A DNA stretch of 64,000 bases from Deltaproteobacteria bacterium. Lineage in GTDB: Bacteria; Myxococcota; Kuafuiibacteriia; Kuafuiibacteriales; Kuafuiibacteriaceae. The stretch is taken from assembly GCA_040218735.1 (NCBI GenBank), contig JAVJQW010000046.1, positions 256,001 through 320,000 of the forward strand, read 5' to 3'. Each line of letters begins with the position of its first letter. The stretch's first letter is position 1. The notes under the pieces are model-generated. The model was not told the origin of the DNA. It did not search any database and saw nothing but the letters and a program-made list of their open reading frames with translations. This document shows, piece after piece, positions 10,101-23,406 of the stretch. The position numbers were made by a program, and so were the translations under genes.

Positions 10101-10104
<4 letters not shown>
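9595..10104 (-). CDS. Small PAS-like protein with C-terminal CxxC...HGxCxxC putative zinc-binding motif
   Basis: VIGTSLWDHI/FEYRCDS PAS-like core; RCSVC...IHGVCPKC; overlaps the stop of the hybrid kinase. Confidence 0.6.
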
Positions 10105-14474
<4,370 letters not shown>

Positions 14475-14508
14475 GCGCCGTCGACGCTAGCAACGCCGCG
14501 TCGGGCTG

Positions 14509-15138
14509 TCATGGGCGACGAAGGTAGACGGTGAGCTCGTAGAGCCCGTAATCGTGGCGAAACGTCACGGTCCGACCGAACCTCGGGACCAACGCCGCAG
14601 CCAGGGCGTCCATCGACACGTGGAAGAGGTCGTCGCGCTCCCAGTCGACGATCTTGGACATCACGTTGAAGGCGAGCCCCCGTCGGGTCTTCGCCCACAC
14701 CTTGTCCAAGACGTCGAGCAAGTACGCGAACATCGCCTCGTGCGTGAGCTCGCGTTTCTCCGTGAAGACGCCGTTCATGACGATCCAATCCGCCCCCTCC
14801 CACTCCACGTCGGGCGAGAGGACGTCCGCGACGTCGAAGCGGAGCTTGGGGCGACGTTTCCGGGCGGCCTCGACGAACGCCGGGGAGACGTCGAGCCCAC
14901 GGTAGGCGAGGTCGCGCCGACCCATGCGCACCATGTGGTCGTAGAGGTGGCCGAGCCCGCAGCCGAAGTCGAGGAGCGTCGACACGCGGTGCGACTTCGG
15001 CGCGAGCTCCAACATCACTTGGTAGCGGCGCTCGGCGTCGTGGAGGTTCGGCCAGTCGACGCCGCGGTGGGAGTCGCCGTGGACCTCCAGGCACGACTCG
15101 TAGTGCGAAACGATCGGCGCGTAGATCGGTGTCGTCAT
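14509..15138 (-). CDS. Class I SAM-dependent methyltransferase
   Basis: LLDFGCGLG SAM motif; last gene of the DegT-WbqC unit. Confidence 0.85.
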   Translation of the reverse strand: MTTPIYAPIVSHYESCLEVHGDSHRGVDWPNLHDAERRYQVMLELAPKSHRVSTLLDFGCGLGHLYDHMVRMGRRDLAYRGLDVSPAFVEAARKRRPKLRFDVADVLSPDVEWEGADWIVMNGVFTEKRELTHEAMFAYLLDVLDKVWAKTRRGLAFNVMSKIVDWERDDLFHVSMDALAAALVPRFGRTVTFRHDYGLYELTVYLRRP

Positions 15139-15791
15139 GAGAGCCTCGTTTGGCGTCGGACGTCGTGGCCGAGTCGATCGGGCCCCTCGGTCACGAGCCG
15201 GTGCAGGACGCTGAACCCATCCGCGTCCTCGAAGGGGGAGAGGAAGTCGAGCCGAACGCCGCGTCGCTCGAACGTCGCGGCGTCGTAGAGGTGGCGACCG
15301 CCCGGCGCGTTCACGTAGCGCTTACCGCCGACGGCCTCGACGATCGCGAGGATGCGGTCCTGGCCTCTCAGGTGGGGGGCCACGCCGAGGGTGCTCGACC
15401 GGATTGTTTCGCATCCGACGTTCAGCATCCGCGCGATTTGCGTCAGCGTCGCGGCGAGGAAGGTCACGAGCGATCCACGAGGCGCCGCGAGGATCTCGTC
15501 GGCGGTCGAGCTCGCGAGCGTCGGGAAACGTCGGCGCTGCAAGTCGAGTTGCGCGTCGAAGTCGTCACGCAGCGTGAGCGCGTCGATGGTCGCCTCCCGC
15601 GGCGCCTTCGCGACGGGGAGAGTGAGCCACGCGGGGCGGCCCGTTCGATCCGGGAGGCGGTTCCTGTGGACCCAGCCGCGTCGCGGGAACTGCACGCAGT
15701 CGTAGATGATGAAGAGGTCGGCCGCGGCGAACAGGCGAAAGTACCCCGCGTACGGCACGAAGTACGGCTGCATGATCGCGACGGTGGTCAT
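15135..15791 (-). CDS. WbqC family protein (putative sugar glycyl/acyl transfer)
   Basis: AIMQPYFVPYAGYF, YDCVQF...WVHRNR, YVNAPGG; start reassigned to ATG 15791 overlapping the upstream stop. Confidence 0.85.
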   Translation of the reverse strand: MTTVAIMQPYFVPYAGYFRLFAAADLFIIYDCVQFPRRGWVHRNRLPDRTGRPAWLTLPVAKAPREATIDALTLRDDFDAQLDLQRRRFPTLASSTADEILAAPRGSLVTFLAATLTQIARMLNVGCETIRSSTLGVAPHLRGQDRILAIVEAVGGKRYVNAPGGRHLYDAATFERRGVRLDFLSPFEDADGFSVLHRLVTEGPDRLGHDVRRQTRLS

Positions 15792-16735
15792 GCGGCTTCG
15801 CGTCCGCTCGCGTCGACGAGGAACGCGAGCGCCTGTTCGAAGTCCTCCGCCGTCGGCGCGTGGTCGGCCGCCAGCTGGACGGGAGCGCACCGCACCGACG
15901 CCAGCGCGCAGGTCCACGGGGCCGCGCCGGGTTTGGGGAGCCACAGCAGGTCCGGCGCGAGGTCACGGATCATATCGAGCGCGCGCTCGACGGTGGTGGT
16001 TCGATCGAGGACGGTGAGCGCGTAGCGCGACTCGAGGGTCGACAGGTGGGGCTTCAACACGGCGCGGAGCGCGTCGTCGTCGTGTGCGATGACGAGCGTG
16101 GGCGCGTCGCGGACGGCGTCGTTTTCGCAGTCTTCGAACCCCATCGCGAGCACCGAACGGTGCAGCATCGCCGTGATGAAGTCGGGCTCGACGTTCCAGG
16201 CGTTCGTGGCGAGCGCGAACAGCTCGAGGTCGATCGTCGCGGACGCCAGACGCATGCCGAGCGCGGCGACGCGGAGCCACCAGCTCTGGTTCTCGTCGTC
16301 GGGCGGGTCCGACAGCATCGAGAGGATCAGCGGCGTCGCCTCGTCGATCGGGAGGCGTCCGAGCGCCGCGACGACGGAGGGCTCGAGGTCGGCGGTCGGA
16401 CAGAAGACCATGTACTTGTCGATCTGCTCGGGGCGCTCGAAGCCGAACCCGCCGTCCGCCTTCAGACCGATCTGTCGCATCAGGTGCGCGCCCGAACCGT
16501 AGGCGCTCGTCACGAACGCTTCGCGGATCGCCGCGCGTCGTTCGAGCAGCGCGATGCGTTGGCGCGGCGCCAGCGAGACCCCCGGCGCCGCAGCGATCGC
16601 GGACGTCGCCGCCGCCGTGCGCGTGGCGTGCTCGGGCTCGAGGGGGCCGGCGTCGAGGACATCGACGAGCGCGTCGACCGCCTTTCGATAGCGGCGTGAA
16701 GAGGTGTGGCGTTCGAGGCGTGTCAGCAACTTCAT
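15788..16735 (-). CDS. Truncated HMW1C-like paralog (N-terminal and first GT-B portion only)
   Basis: Start MKLLTRLE at ATG 16735 abuts the DegT stop; APDLLWLPKPGAAPWTCALASVRCAPVQLA aligns by eye with APDVVYYPSLGMAHWTVLLSSVRLAPVQIL in 18024..19808. Confidence 0.6.
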   Translation of the reverse strand: MKLLTRLERHTSSRRYRKAVDALVDVLDAGPLEPEHATRTAAATSAIAAAPGVSLAPRQRIALLERRAAIREAFVTSAYGSGAHLMRQIGLKADGGFGFERPEQIDKYMVFCPTADLEPSVVAALGRLPIDEATPLILSMLSDPPDDENQSWWLRVAALGMRLASATIDLELFALATNAWNVEPDFITAMLHRSVLAMGFEDCENDAVRDAPTLVIAHDDDALRAVLKPHLSTLESRYALTVLDRTTTVERALDMIRDLAPDLLWLPKPGAAPWTCALASVRCAPVQLAADHAPTAEDFEQALAFLVDASGREAA

Positions 16736-17907
16736 CAGGCGACCCTCCCGGTCGTAGGCAGGACCCGGCGCGGGACCACTTCGGTGTGTCGCGCCGCGAG
16801 GCGGCCGGTGATGCCCAGCGCGTCGGCGAGCGCGGTGCAGACGTAGGCCACGTCGTCTTCGGTGAGCTCGGTGTGGAACGGTAGCCCGAGCAGGCGGGGC
16901 GCGATCGCCTCGGTCACGGGGAGCCGCCCGTCGGCGAACGGTGCGAACGCCGGGTGGTTCACGAGTGTCGGCACGTACCAGCGGCGCGTCTGGACGCCGA
17001 CCGATGCAAGCTGGGTTGCGACGCCCTCGGCGTCCATGGCCAGTCGAACCGTCATGAGCGCGGGGGCTCTGACGCTCGGCCACGCCTGGAGGTGGGCACC
17101 GTCGATGCCGCGGAGGTAACGGCGGTAGGTCGACCACACCCGGTGGCGGCGCTGCTGGAGCGAGGGCCAACGGTCGAGCTGCGCGAGGCCGACGGCGGCG
17201 TGGTACTCGGATAGCTTGGCGTTGGTGCCGTCGTCGACCACGACGCCATCGACGAATCCGAAGTTCGTGAAGACGCGCGCGCGCTCCGCGAGCGCCGCGT
17301 CGGTGGTGACGAACGCGCCGCCCTCGCCGATGCCGAAGGGTTTGGTCGCGTGGAAGCTGAACGCGACGGAGGTCGTGCGTCCGATCGCTTGCTCCCCGAA
17401 CGCGGGGGCCGCGTCGACGAGGACGGGCACCGCCGTGTCTTCGGTGAAGTGGTCCCAGGCCTCGACGTTCGTCGCGCGGCCGTAGGTCGCGACCGGCAAC
17501 ACGAGGTCGACGTCTTTCGCGAAGCTGCGCGCGATCTTCGGGGTGAGCTGCCATCGCCGCGGACAGACATCCGCGAACACCGGGACGAGCTTCGCGCGGG
17601 TGACGGCGAGGGCCGTCGCGGGGAACGTCAGCGCCGGCATCAGGACACGTGCCCCGGCGGGGAGCTTCAGCGCGGCGAGGCCGGCGTCGATCGCGGCGGT
17701 GCCGGTCGAGCAGGTGACGACCTGGGTCCCGTGCGGGGCACCGGTCGCGACGAGCAGCTGCTCGAGTCGGGTCTCCAGCTCGTTCACGAGCGGGCCGAAG
17801 TTCGTGTACCAGCGCGCATCGTCGATGCGCTCCAGGTAGCGCACGAGCTGGGACGCCGCCGGGAGATCCGGAACGAGACAGGCGATGTTCCTCGGTGCGG
17901 CGACCAT
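16735..17907 (-). CDS. DegT/DnrJ/EryC1/StrS family PLP-dependent sugar aminotransferase
   Basis: YTNFGP, VDAAPAFG, FSFHATKPFGIGEGG (PLP lysine), NAKLSE. Confidence 0.92.
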   Translation of the reverse strand: MVAAPRNIACLVPDLPAASQLVRYLERIDDARWYTNFGPLVNELETRLEQLLVATGAPHGTQVVTCSTGTAAIDAGLAALKLPAGARVLMPALTFPATALAVTRAKLVPVFADVCPRRWQLTPKIARSFAKDVDLVLPVATYGRATNVEAWDHFTEDTAVPVLVDAAPAFGEQAIGRTTSVAFSFHATKPFGIGEGGAFVTTDAALAERARVFTNFGFVDGVVVDDGTNAKLSEYHAAVGLAQLDRWPSLQQRRHRVWSTYRRYLRGIDGAHLQAWPSVRAPALMTVRLAMDAEGVATQLASVGVQTRRWYVPTLVNHPAFAPFADGRLPVTEAIAPRLLGLPFHTELTEDDVAYVCTALADALGITGRLAARHTEVVPRRVLPTTGRVA

Positions 17908-17942
17908 TGTTCCAACCCGAGCCACTCGGGCTCCATAGGCCC

Positions 17943-18011
17943 ATTCGGTGTTTCGCTTCAGAACTTGAGCGCGGGCGTGACCGACTCAAGAAAGGACACC
18001 ATCGCCCGATC
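17943..18011. promoter_or_regulatory. Back-to-back FliA/WhiG (sigma-28)-like promoters for DegT (-) and the HMW1C-like gene (+)
   Basis: Minus strand CTCAAG-N14-ACCGAAT (17969..17943); plus strand CTCAAG-N14-CCCGATC (17985..18011). Confidence 0.6.
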
Positions 18012-18023
18012 AACGATCGTCGG

Positions 18024-19808
18024 ATGACCCCCGAAGCCGCACTCGAAACCTTCGAAGTCCACGTCCGCGACCGGCGCCACGAAGCCGCGCTCGGAGGCCT
18101 CGCCCACCTCGGTTGGGCGATGGAACGTGGCGTCGAGCTGGACGGTCCGCACCTCGCCCGACTCGCCGCGGCGACCGCCGGTCTTCTCACCGACCCCACC
18201 CTCAGGATGTCGCCGGACGGCTTCGCACGGCTCGTCGCGCTCAACCGTGTGTGGTCGGCGATGTTCGCCGCCGGTGGATTCGGCGACGCCGGCTTTGCGC
18301 TCCGCACGCTCCCGCCCGTGAAGAAGGCGGTTCGGAGCCCGCGGTGGTTGCTGTGGGGCCTGGAGACGCTCGACGTCGCCGCGATGAACACCCTCGAGCG
18401 CCTCCCGCCGAGCGAGGCGCTCCCGATCGTCGGCGCGCTCCTGTCGCACCGCGTCGTCGCGACACCGGGCGGGGAGGCGACGCGGTCGCGCCTGATCGAA
18501 CGGAGCAAACGCCTCGCCCGGGCCCGGCTCGCGCCCGAGCACCTCGACGTGCTCGCGGCGGCGTGGATGATGTGCAGCTACGCGACCACGGAGAAGAAAC
18601 ACGACTTCAAGGCGAACCTCGCGCCGGTCTTCGCGCGTTACCTGAGCGACCACGGCGTCCCCGCCGAGCCACCGCCGCGGCCCGAGCGTTTGCGTCCGGT
18701 CGTCGCGGTCCTGTCCGAGCGCTTCGAACACGGCCACGCGATGTTTCGGTGTTACGCGCCGTCGTTGCGGCAGCTGCGCCGTGACTTCGAGGTGGTGCTG
18801 TTCTCCACGCCGGAGGCGGTGGACGAACGTGCGAACGACGTCGTCGACGAGGTCGTGACCTTCGACTTCGATCCCAAGGACCCGGCGGCCGTCGCCCAGC
18901 TCGTGCGCGAGCGCGCCCCCGACGTCGTCTACTACCCGAGCCTCGGCATGGCGCACTGGACGGTGCTCCTCTCGAGCGTTCGCCTCGCGCCGGTGCAGAT
19001 CCTCGGGCTTGGGCACCCGGCGTCGTCGCGGTCCCCGGTCATCGACTTCGTCGTGACGGAGGAGGGGCACGCGGGCGACGAGGCCGACTACGTCGAGCAG
19101 ATCGTGACGATGCGGCGCGGCGGGCACCCGTTCGAGCGCGTGGCTTCGACGCTGACCGCCGTGGAGCCGGCGCCGAAGGCCGACCCGTTCCGCATCGCCG
19201 TGCCCGCCAACGGGGTGAAGCTCTCGGCGGGGCTGCTCCGGAGCTGTCGCGCGATCCGCGAGCGTGCGACGCGGCCGGTCGAGCTGCACTTCTTCCCGAA
19301 CCTCCGCGGCCTGTACTTGGAGCAGGCGCGCCGTGCGATCACGTCCACGCTCCCCGGCGCCGTCGTGCACGCGCCGATGCCGTACGCGGAGTACGTCGAG
19401 CGCCTCGCCGCGTGTCACCTGCACCTGTCGCCGTTCCCCTTCGGCGGGACGAACTCCAACGTCGACACCCTGCGCCTCGGCATCCCGATGATCTCCCTCG
19501 CGGGGACGTTCTCGGCCGCGGCAGGTGAGATGGAGATGCTCGAACGGTTGGGGTTGGGCGAAGCGCTCATCGCACAGGACGTCGTCGACTACGAGGCGCG
19601 CGCGCTCCGCATCGTCGAGGACGACGCGTACCGCATCGAGCTGTCGAAGCAGGTCGCGGCCGCGGACGCGGAGCATTCATTCTGCGGCGGGTACGAAGAA
19701 GCGTCCCCGACGGAGTTCGTCGATACGGTGCGTTGGATTCACGAGCGGCACGAAGCGCTGCGTGCCGACGGGCGGCCGGTGTGGCGCCCGGAGGATCGGG
19801 AAGGCTAG
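18024..19808 (+). CDS. HMW1C/NGT-like (GT41) glycosyltransferase
   Basis: WMMCSYA...KHDFK, ERF..GHAMFR, YYPSLGM, RLAPVQILGLGHPAS, SPFPFGGTNSNVD signatures of the HMW1C family; start reassigned to ATG 18024. Confidence 0.85.
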   Translation: MTPEAALETFEVHVRDRRHEAALGGLAHLGWAMERGVELDGPHLARLAAATAGLLTDPTLRMSPDGFARLVALNRVWSAMFAAGGFGDAGFALRTLPPVKKAVRSPRWLLWGLETLDVAAMNTLERLPPSEALPIVGALLSHRVVATPGGEATRSRLIERSKRLARARLAPEHLDVLAAAWMMCSYATTEKKHDFKANLAPVFARYLSDHGVPAEPPPRPERLRPVVAVLSERFEHGHAMFRCYAPSLRQLRRDFEVVLFSTPEAVDERANDVVDEVVTFDFDPKDPAAVAQLVRERAPDVVYYPSLGMAHWTVLLSSVRLAPVQILGLGHPASSRSPVIDFVVTEEGHAGDEADYVEQIVTMRRGGHPFERVASTLTAVEPAPKADPFRIAVPANGVKLSAGLLRSCRAIRERATRPVELHFFPNLRGLYLEQARRAITSTLPGAVVHAPMPYAEYVERLAACHLHLSPFPFGGTNSNVDTLRLGIPMISLAGTFSAAAGEMEMLERLGLGEALIAQDVVDYEARALRIVEDDAYRIELSKQVAAADAEHSFCGGYEEASPTEFVDTVRWIHERHEALRADGRPVWRPEDREG

Positions 19809-19811
19809 CGT

Positions 19812-20204
19812 TCAGGCTTCGGCGTTGTCGGTCGCGCGTTGCCGCACGCTGCGGATGTCGTGCTCGGTGAGTGGCTTCTTCAGGGTCACGTGCGGGAGCA
19901 CGGCCTCCGCACCTTCGGGGCCGAACGCCGTCATGAACACGAGGCGATCCAACAGCGACGGATGATCGCGCGTGAGCCAGGTCTTGAGGTCGACACCGGT
20001 GCCCTCGGGCATGCGGATGTCGCTGAGGACGACGTCCGGTTTCAGTCCGCCGCGGATCAACTCGAGCGCTTCGCGCGCGCCCGAAGCGACGTGCACTTCG
20101 AGGTCACGGAAGACACGCGCGAGGGACCGCTGCTGGAACGGCTCGTCGTCGACGACGAGGACGACGGGTTTGGCGAAGCGAGGATTACCGGTGACGACGC
20201 CCAT
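19812..20204 (-). CDS. Single-domain response regulator
   Basis: LVVDDE, LSDIRMP, FMTA, KKP receiver motifs. Confidence 0.88.
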   Translation of the reverse strand: MGVVTGNPRFAKPVVLVVDDEPFQQRSLARVFRDLEVHVASGAREALELIRGGLKPDVVLSDIRMPEGTGVDLKTWLTRDHPSLLDRLVFMTAFGPEGAEAVLPHVTLKKPLTEHDIRSVRQRATDNAEA

Positions 20205-20283
20205 GCTCTTTCAATATAGCGTCGTCAGCGTGCGCGGCTAGTCCGGGCTGGCACGAGTGCTCCAGTGTGGTTCGTCCGAAGCG

Positions 20284-21165
20284 TCAGGCGGCGCGCGCTT
20301 GTTCACCGAGGCGCGCGCCCGGGCGAGGTGGCACACCGACGACGGTGAGCTCGACCGCACCTTCGCCGCACTGCACCACGATCGTTCGACGCCCGCGTGA
20401 GAGCACGGTTCCCGGCGTCGCCCACGGCGCAACGTCGACCACGCGCGCGCTCCTGAGCTCGACGCGTCGCCCGCTCGACTCGAACGTGAACGCGGCCGGG
20501 AGGGGTGCGGGCAGTGCACGTGTCAGGTTCCGAACGTCCTGTGCGGTGAGGCTCCAGTCGATTCGGCCGTCCTCCGGCCCGCGGCGTCGCGCGTAGGAGC
20601 CCGCTCCGACCTGCGGACGCCCGGTCGGTATTCGGCGCACCGCGTCGATGCGGACGAGCTGCTCCGTCACAAGCGCCGCCGATACCGCGTCGAGGTCGGC
20701 GGTGAGCGAGTGGAAGTCGTGGTCGTCGTGAATCGCGAGCGACCGCTGCGCGACGATTGCGCCGGTGTCGATCCCGGCGTCGACGCGGTGCACCGTCACG
20801 CCGGTCACCTCCGCGCCGTCGACGAGCGCCCAGGAGACGGGGTGCACACCGCGGTAGGCGGGGAGCAGCGACGAGTGCACATTGAGCGTGCCCCACCGCG
20901 GCGCTTCGAACACCGGCGCGCCGAGGAGCTCGAAGCGACAGACGAGGAGCAGATCGACGTCGGCGACGTGCTCCGAAGTCAGCGCGCCGGGCGCGATGAT
21001 CTCCGCGTCCGCCGCGCGAGCCCACGCTTCGAGGCGACTTCGGTCGTCATCCGGGAGGCCCTTCGGGACTGCGATCCGCGACGGAACGAAGCCGCTCCGC
21101 TGGGCGGCGTCGAGGATGCCGAGGCCCTGTGCCTTGGCGCCGGCGAAGACCCACGAAAAGGTCAC
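20284..21165 (-). CDS. Formyltransferase (Fmt/ArnA-like; probably sugar N-formyltransferase)
   Basis: NVHSSLLPAYRG, GIDTGAIV, EDGRIDWS; located in the sugar cluster. Confidence 0.82.
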   Translation of the reverse strand: MTFSWVFAGAKAQGLGILDAAQRSGFVPSRIAVPKGLPDDDRSRLEAWARAADAEIIAPGALTSEHVADVDLLLVCRFELLGAPVFEAPRWGTLNVHSSLLPAYRGVHPVSWALVDGAEVTGVTVHRVDAGIDTGAIVAQRSLAIHDDHDFHSLTADLDAVSAALVTEQLVRIDAVRRIPTGRPQVGAGSYARRRGPEDGRIDWSLTAQDVRNLTRALPAPLPAAFTFESSGRRVELRSARVVDVAPWATPGTVLSRGRRTIVVQCGEGAVELTVVGVPPRPGARLGEQARAA

Positions 21166-21169
21166 GGGT

Positions 21170-22588
21170 TCACTTCCACTCGTTGTCGAGCGCGAAGGTC
21201 GCGTAGTGCGGCCGAATCGCCTTGCCGATCGTCGGGACGAGGCGCTCGTCGAAGATCGCCTGGATGTTCTTGGTGTCGAGATCGATGTGGTACTCGAGCC
21301 AGAACCAGAAGCGCCCCATGTCGCGGGTGAACTCCACGTGTTGGTCCGCCTTGCCGACCCACTGGACGATGTTCCACATCAGCTTCCCCTCGAGGATGGC
21401 CGCCCAGACGTGCTCCGGGACGTGGAGGGTTTGCGTGACGGGCGCGTCGTCGTCGAAGTCGATCGCGAAGCCGTCCTCGGGGTTGGCCTTCATGACGAAG
21501 CCGAAGTTGGCGTTGTCGCCGTCGACGGCGATGCGGAAGCGGCAGTCGAAGTCGATGTAGTCCTTCGTCATCCACTTTTGGACGACCGCGCAGCGCAGCT
21601 GCGAGCGGGCCTTCAGGTCCTCGAGGTCGACGTCGTGCAGCCAAGTTTCGATCCGATCGATCTTCGGCTGGAAGCGCTCTTTCACGGCGCGCATCTCGTC
21701 GAGCATGTTGTCCCAGTCGACGCCGGGGTTGTTGCGTTCGACGCCCGCGACCGTCCAGCGGTCGCTCGGGTAGAGCGTGACGAGCTCGGTGTCCGGGTAC
21801 TCGGTCTTCACCATCTTCTCGAAGAGGAGCGGCGTGGTGCGGTTCGCCCAGTTGTTGTGGAAGTACTGGTCGGCGAGCCAGCAGAAGTCGCCGGCGAAGG
21901 GGGCGATGCGCTTCGGTTTGACGTGCTCGAGGAGGCGGCGCTGCTCGGAAAAGGCGATCTTGCGGCGGTGCGCGGCCTCGCGCATCTCGTCTTCGCCCAT
22001 GAGGAAACAGCCGGGGAACATGGTGACGCCGCCGGACTGGATCAGCGCGAGGTCGATGGTCGGCCAGCGTTCGCGGATCTGCTCGCAGAGCGGGACGTCG
22101 TTCACGTTGTCGTTGATGTCGAGCAGCGTGCAGTCGTGGTGCTCGAGGACCATCGCGGCGTTCTCCCAGTCTTGGTCGCGCGAGTCGGCCGCGGGGACGA
22201 CGGTGAGCGGCGTGTTGCCGCCGAGCATGAAGGAGTCCCACGACTTCACGCGGTGGATGTTCGAAAATCCCATCTCGCGCATGACACGCTCCACGGTGTA
22301 GGCGCGCATCGAGGGGTGGTAGTCGTACGCCGGCAAGATGACTTGCACGTCGCGGTCGATGTAGTCGATCGACGGGATGTGGAAGTGGTCCTCGTGGGAG
22401 TGGGTGATGAACAGGTAGTCGATGCCGTCGACGACCTCGTTCGGCGGGACGGCGGCGGGCGGGAACTTCCAGGTGCTGAGGTTGAAGACGGGCTCGTTGA
22501 GGAACCAGGGATCGACGAGCAGCGTGCCGAACTCGCCACGGATCTTGAGCGTGGCGTGAGAGATGAACTCGACCTCGAGCGGTTTCAT
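21170..22588 (-). CDS. Metallo-beta-lactamase-fold protein (UlaG / CMP-Neu5Ac hydroxylase C-terminal-like)
   Basis: FISHA, LVDPW, THSHEDHFH (HxHxDH), DIND, PFAGDF; start ATG 22588 overlaps the PhyH stop. Confidence 0.75.
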   Translation of the reverse strand: MKPLEVEFISHATLKIRGEFGTLLVDPWFLNEPVFNLSTWKFPPAAVPPNEVVDGIDYLFITHSHEDHFHIPSIDYIDRDVQVILPAYDYHPSMRAYTVERVMREMGFSNIHRVKSWDSFMLGGNTPLTVVPAADSRDQDWENAAMVLEHHDCTLLDINDNVNDVPLCEQIRERWPTIDLALIQSGGVTMFPGCFLMGEDEMREAAHRRKIAFSEQRRLLEHVKPKRIAPFAGDFCWLADQYFHNNWANRTTPLLFEKMVKTEYPDTELVTLYPSDRWTVAGVERNNPGVDWDNMLDEMRAVKERFQPKIDRIETWLHDVDLEDLKARSQLRCAVVQKWMTKDYIDFDCRFRIAVDGDNANFGFVMKANPEDGFAIDFDDDAPVTQTLHVPEHVWAAILEGKLMWNIVQWVGKADQHVEFTRDMGRFWFWLEYHIDLDTKNIQAIFDERLVPTIGKAIRPHYATFALDNEWK

Positions 22589-23406
22589 GCGGACCTCCGT
22601 TCGTCGGACGCGCCCGTGGCACCCGGCCAGAAATCGGGTGTCACCAGCTCGGTCGCGACGGCGTAGTGGAAGGGGTCGACGTAGCGGCGCTCGATGAACG
22701 TCGGCTCCGTCGCGTTGTTGTAGCGGAAGTTGACGGTGAGGCGCGCGCGGTCGCTCTGGTTCTCGCCCGACCTGTGGATGAGGAACGCCGAGAACAGGAG
22801 GAGGCCGCACGGCGGCACTTCGACTTCGACGAAGTCGTGGTCCTGCTCGTCGAGCGCGAGCGGGTAGTCCGCGGCGTCGTCCGCACCGAAGGGGAGGAGC
22901 CCCGCGGTGTGGCTGCCGGGGACGACCTGGAGGCGGCCCATCTCGGCGTCGATGTTCACGAGGGGGGTCCACGCGACGACACCGTCGAGGCTGCCCTGCA
23001 TGTTGGACCACTCCTGGTGCGCGGGGAGCTTCGCGTAGCGCGGGGTCTTCGCGAGCTGCGGCGCGTGGAACCACATCAGCGGGCGCGCGGCGAGGGTCGG
23101 GTGCTGCACGCCGATGCGCTGCATGAGGTTGTCGAGTTTGTCGTCGACGGCGATTCGGTACAGCGAGAGGAGGTGGTTACAGAGCTTCGCGGCGCCGTGG
23201 TACGTGGCGAAGTCCTCGGCGAAGAGCATCTTCAGGCGTTGGTCGAGGGCGGCGTCGTCGATGTGAGCGACGTCCTCGCGGCGGTCGCGCATGAAGAAGA
23301 CGCGTTTGACGTCGTCGACGAGGTCTTGGACGAGGCGCGGGTGGAAGAAGTCTTGGACGACGACGTAGCCGTCGCGCTGGAAGCGTTCGGCGAGCACGTC
23401 GTTCAC
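22585..23406 (-). CDS. PhyH-like Fe(II)/2-oxoglutarate dioxygenase
   Basis: FQRDGYVVV, AHQEW, WTPL, LQVVPGSH, IHRSGEN...RL; GTG start overlaps the upstream stop. Confidence 0.85.
   Translation of the reverse strand: MNDVLAERFQRDGYVVVQDFFHPRLVQDLVDDVKRVFFMRDRREDVAHIDDAALDQRLKMLFAEDFATYHGAAKLCNHLLSLYRIAVDDKLDNLMQRIGVQHPTLAARPLMWFHAPQLAKTPRYAKLPAHQEWSNMQGSLDGVVAWTPLVNIDAEMGRLQVVPGSHTAGLLPFGADDAADYPLALDEQDHDFVEVEVPPCGLLLFSAFLIHRSGENQSDRARLTVNFRYNNATEPTFIERRYVDPFHYAVATELVTPDFWPGATGASDERRSA

Noticed and set aside
16736-18508. N-terminal part of the 906-aa ORF 15788..18508
   Set aside because: Out-of-frame overlap with DegT and antisense to the HMW1C-like gene; the real gene starts at 16735
20284-21165. 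Calling this gene fmt (Met-tRNA formyltransferase)
   Set aside because: Lacks the FMGTPxF N-terminus and def linkage, and sits in a sugar operon
21170-22588. Calling this gene CMP-Neu5Ac hydroxylase
   Set aside because: No Rieske motif and no sialic-acid synthesis genes in the window; kept as MBL-fold only
21162-22622. 486-aa Arg-rich minus-strand ORF suggesting a frameshift
   Set aside because: Alternative frame of the intact MBL-fold gene; no frameshift is needed
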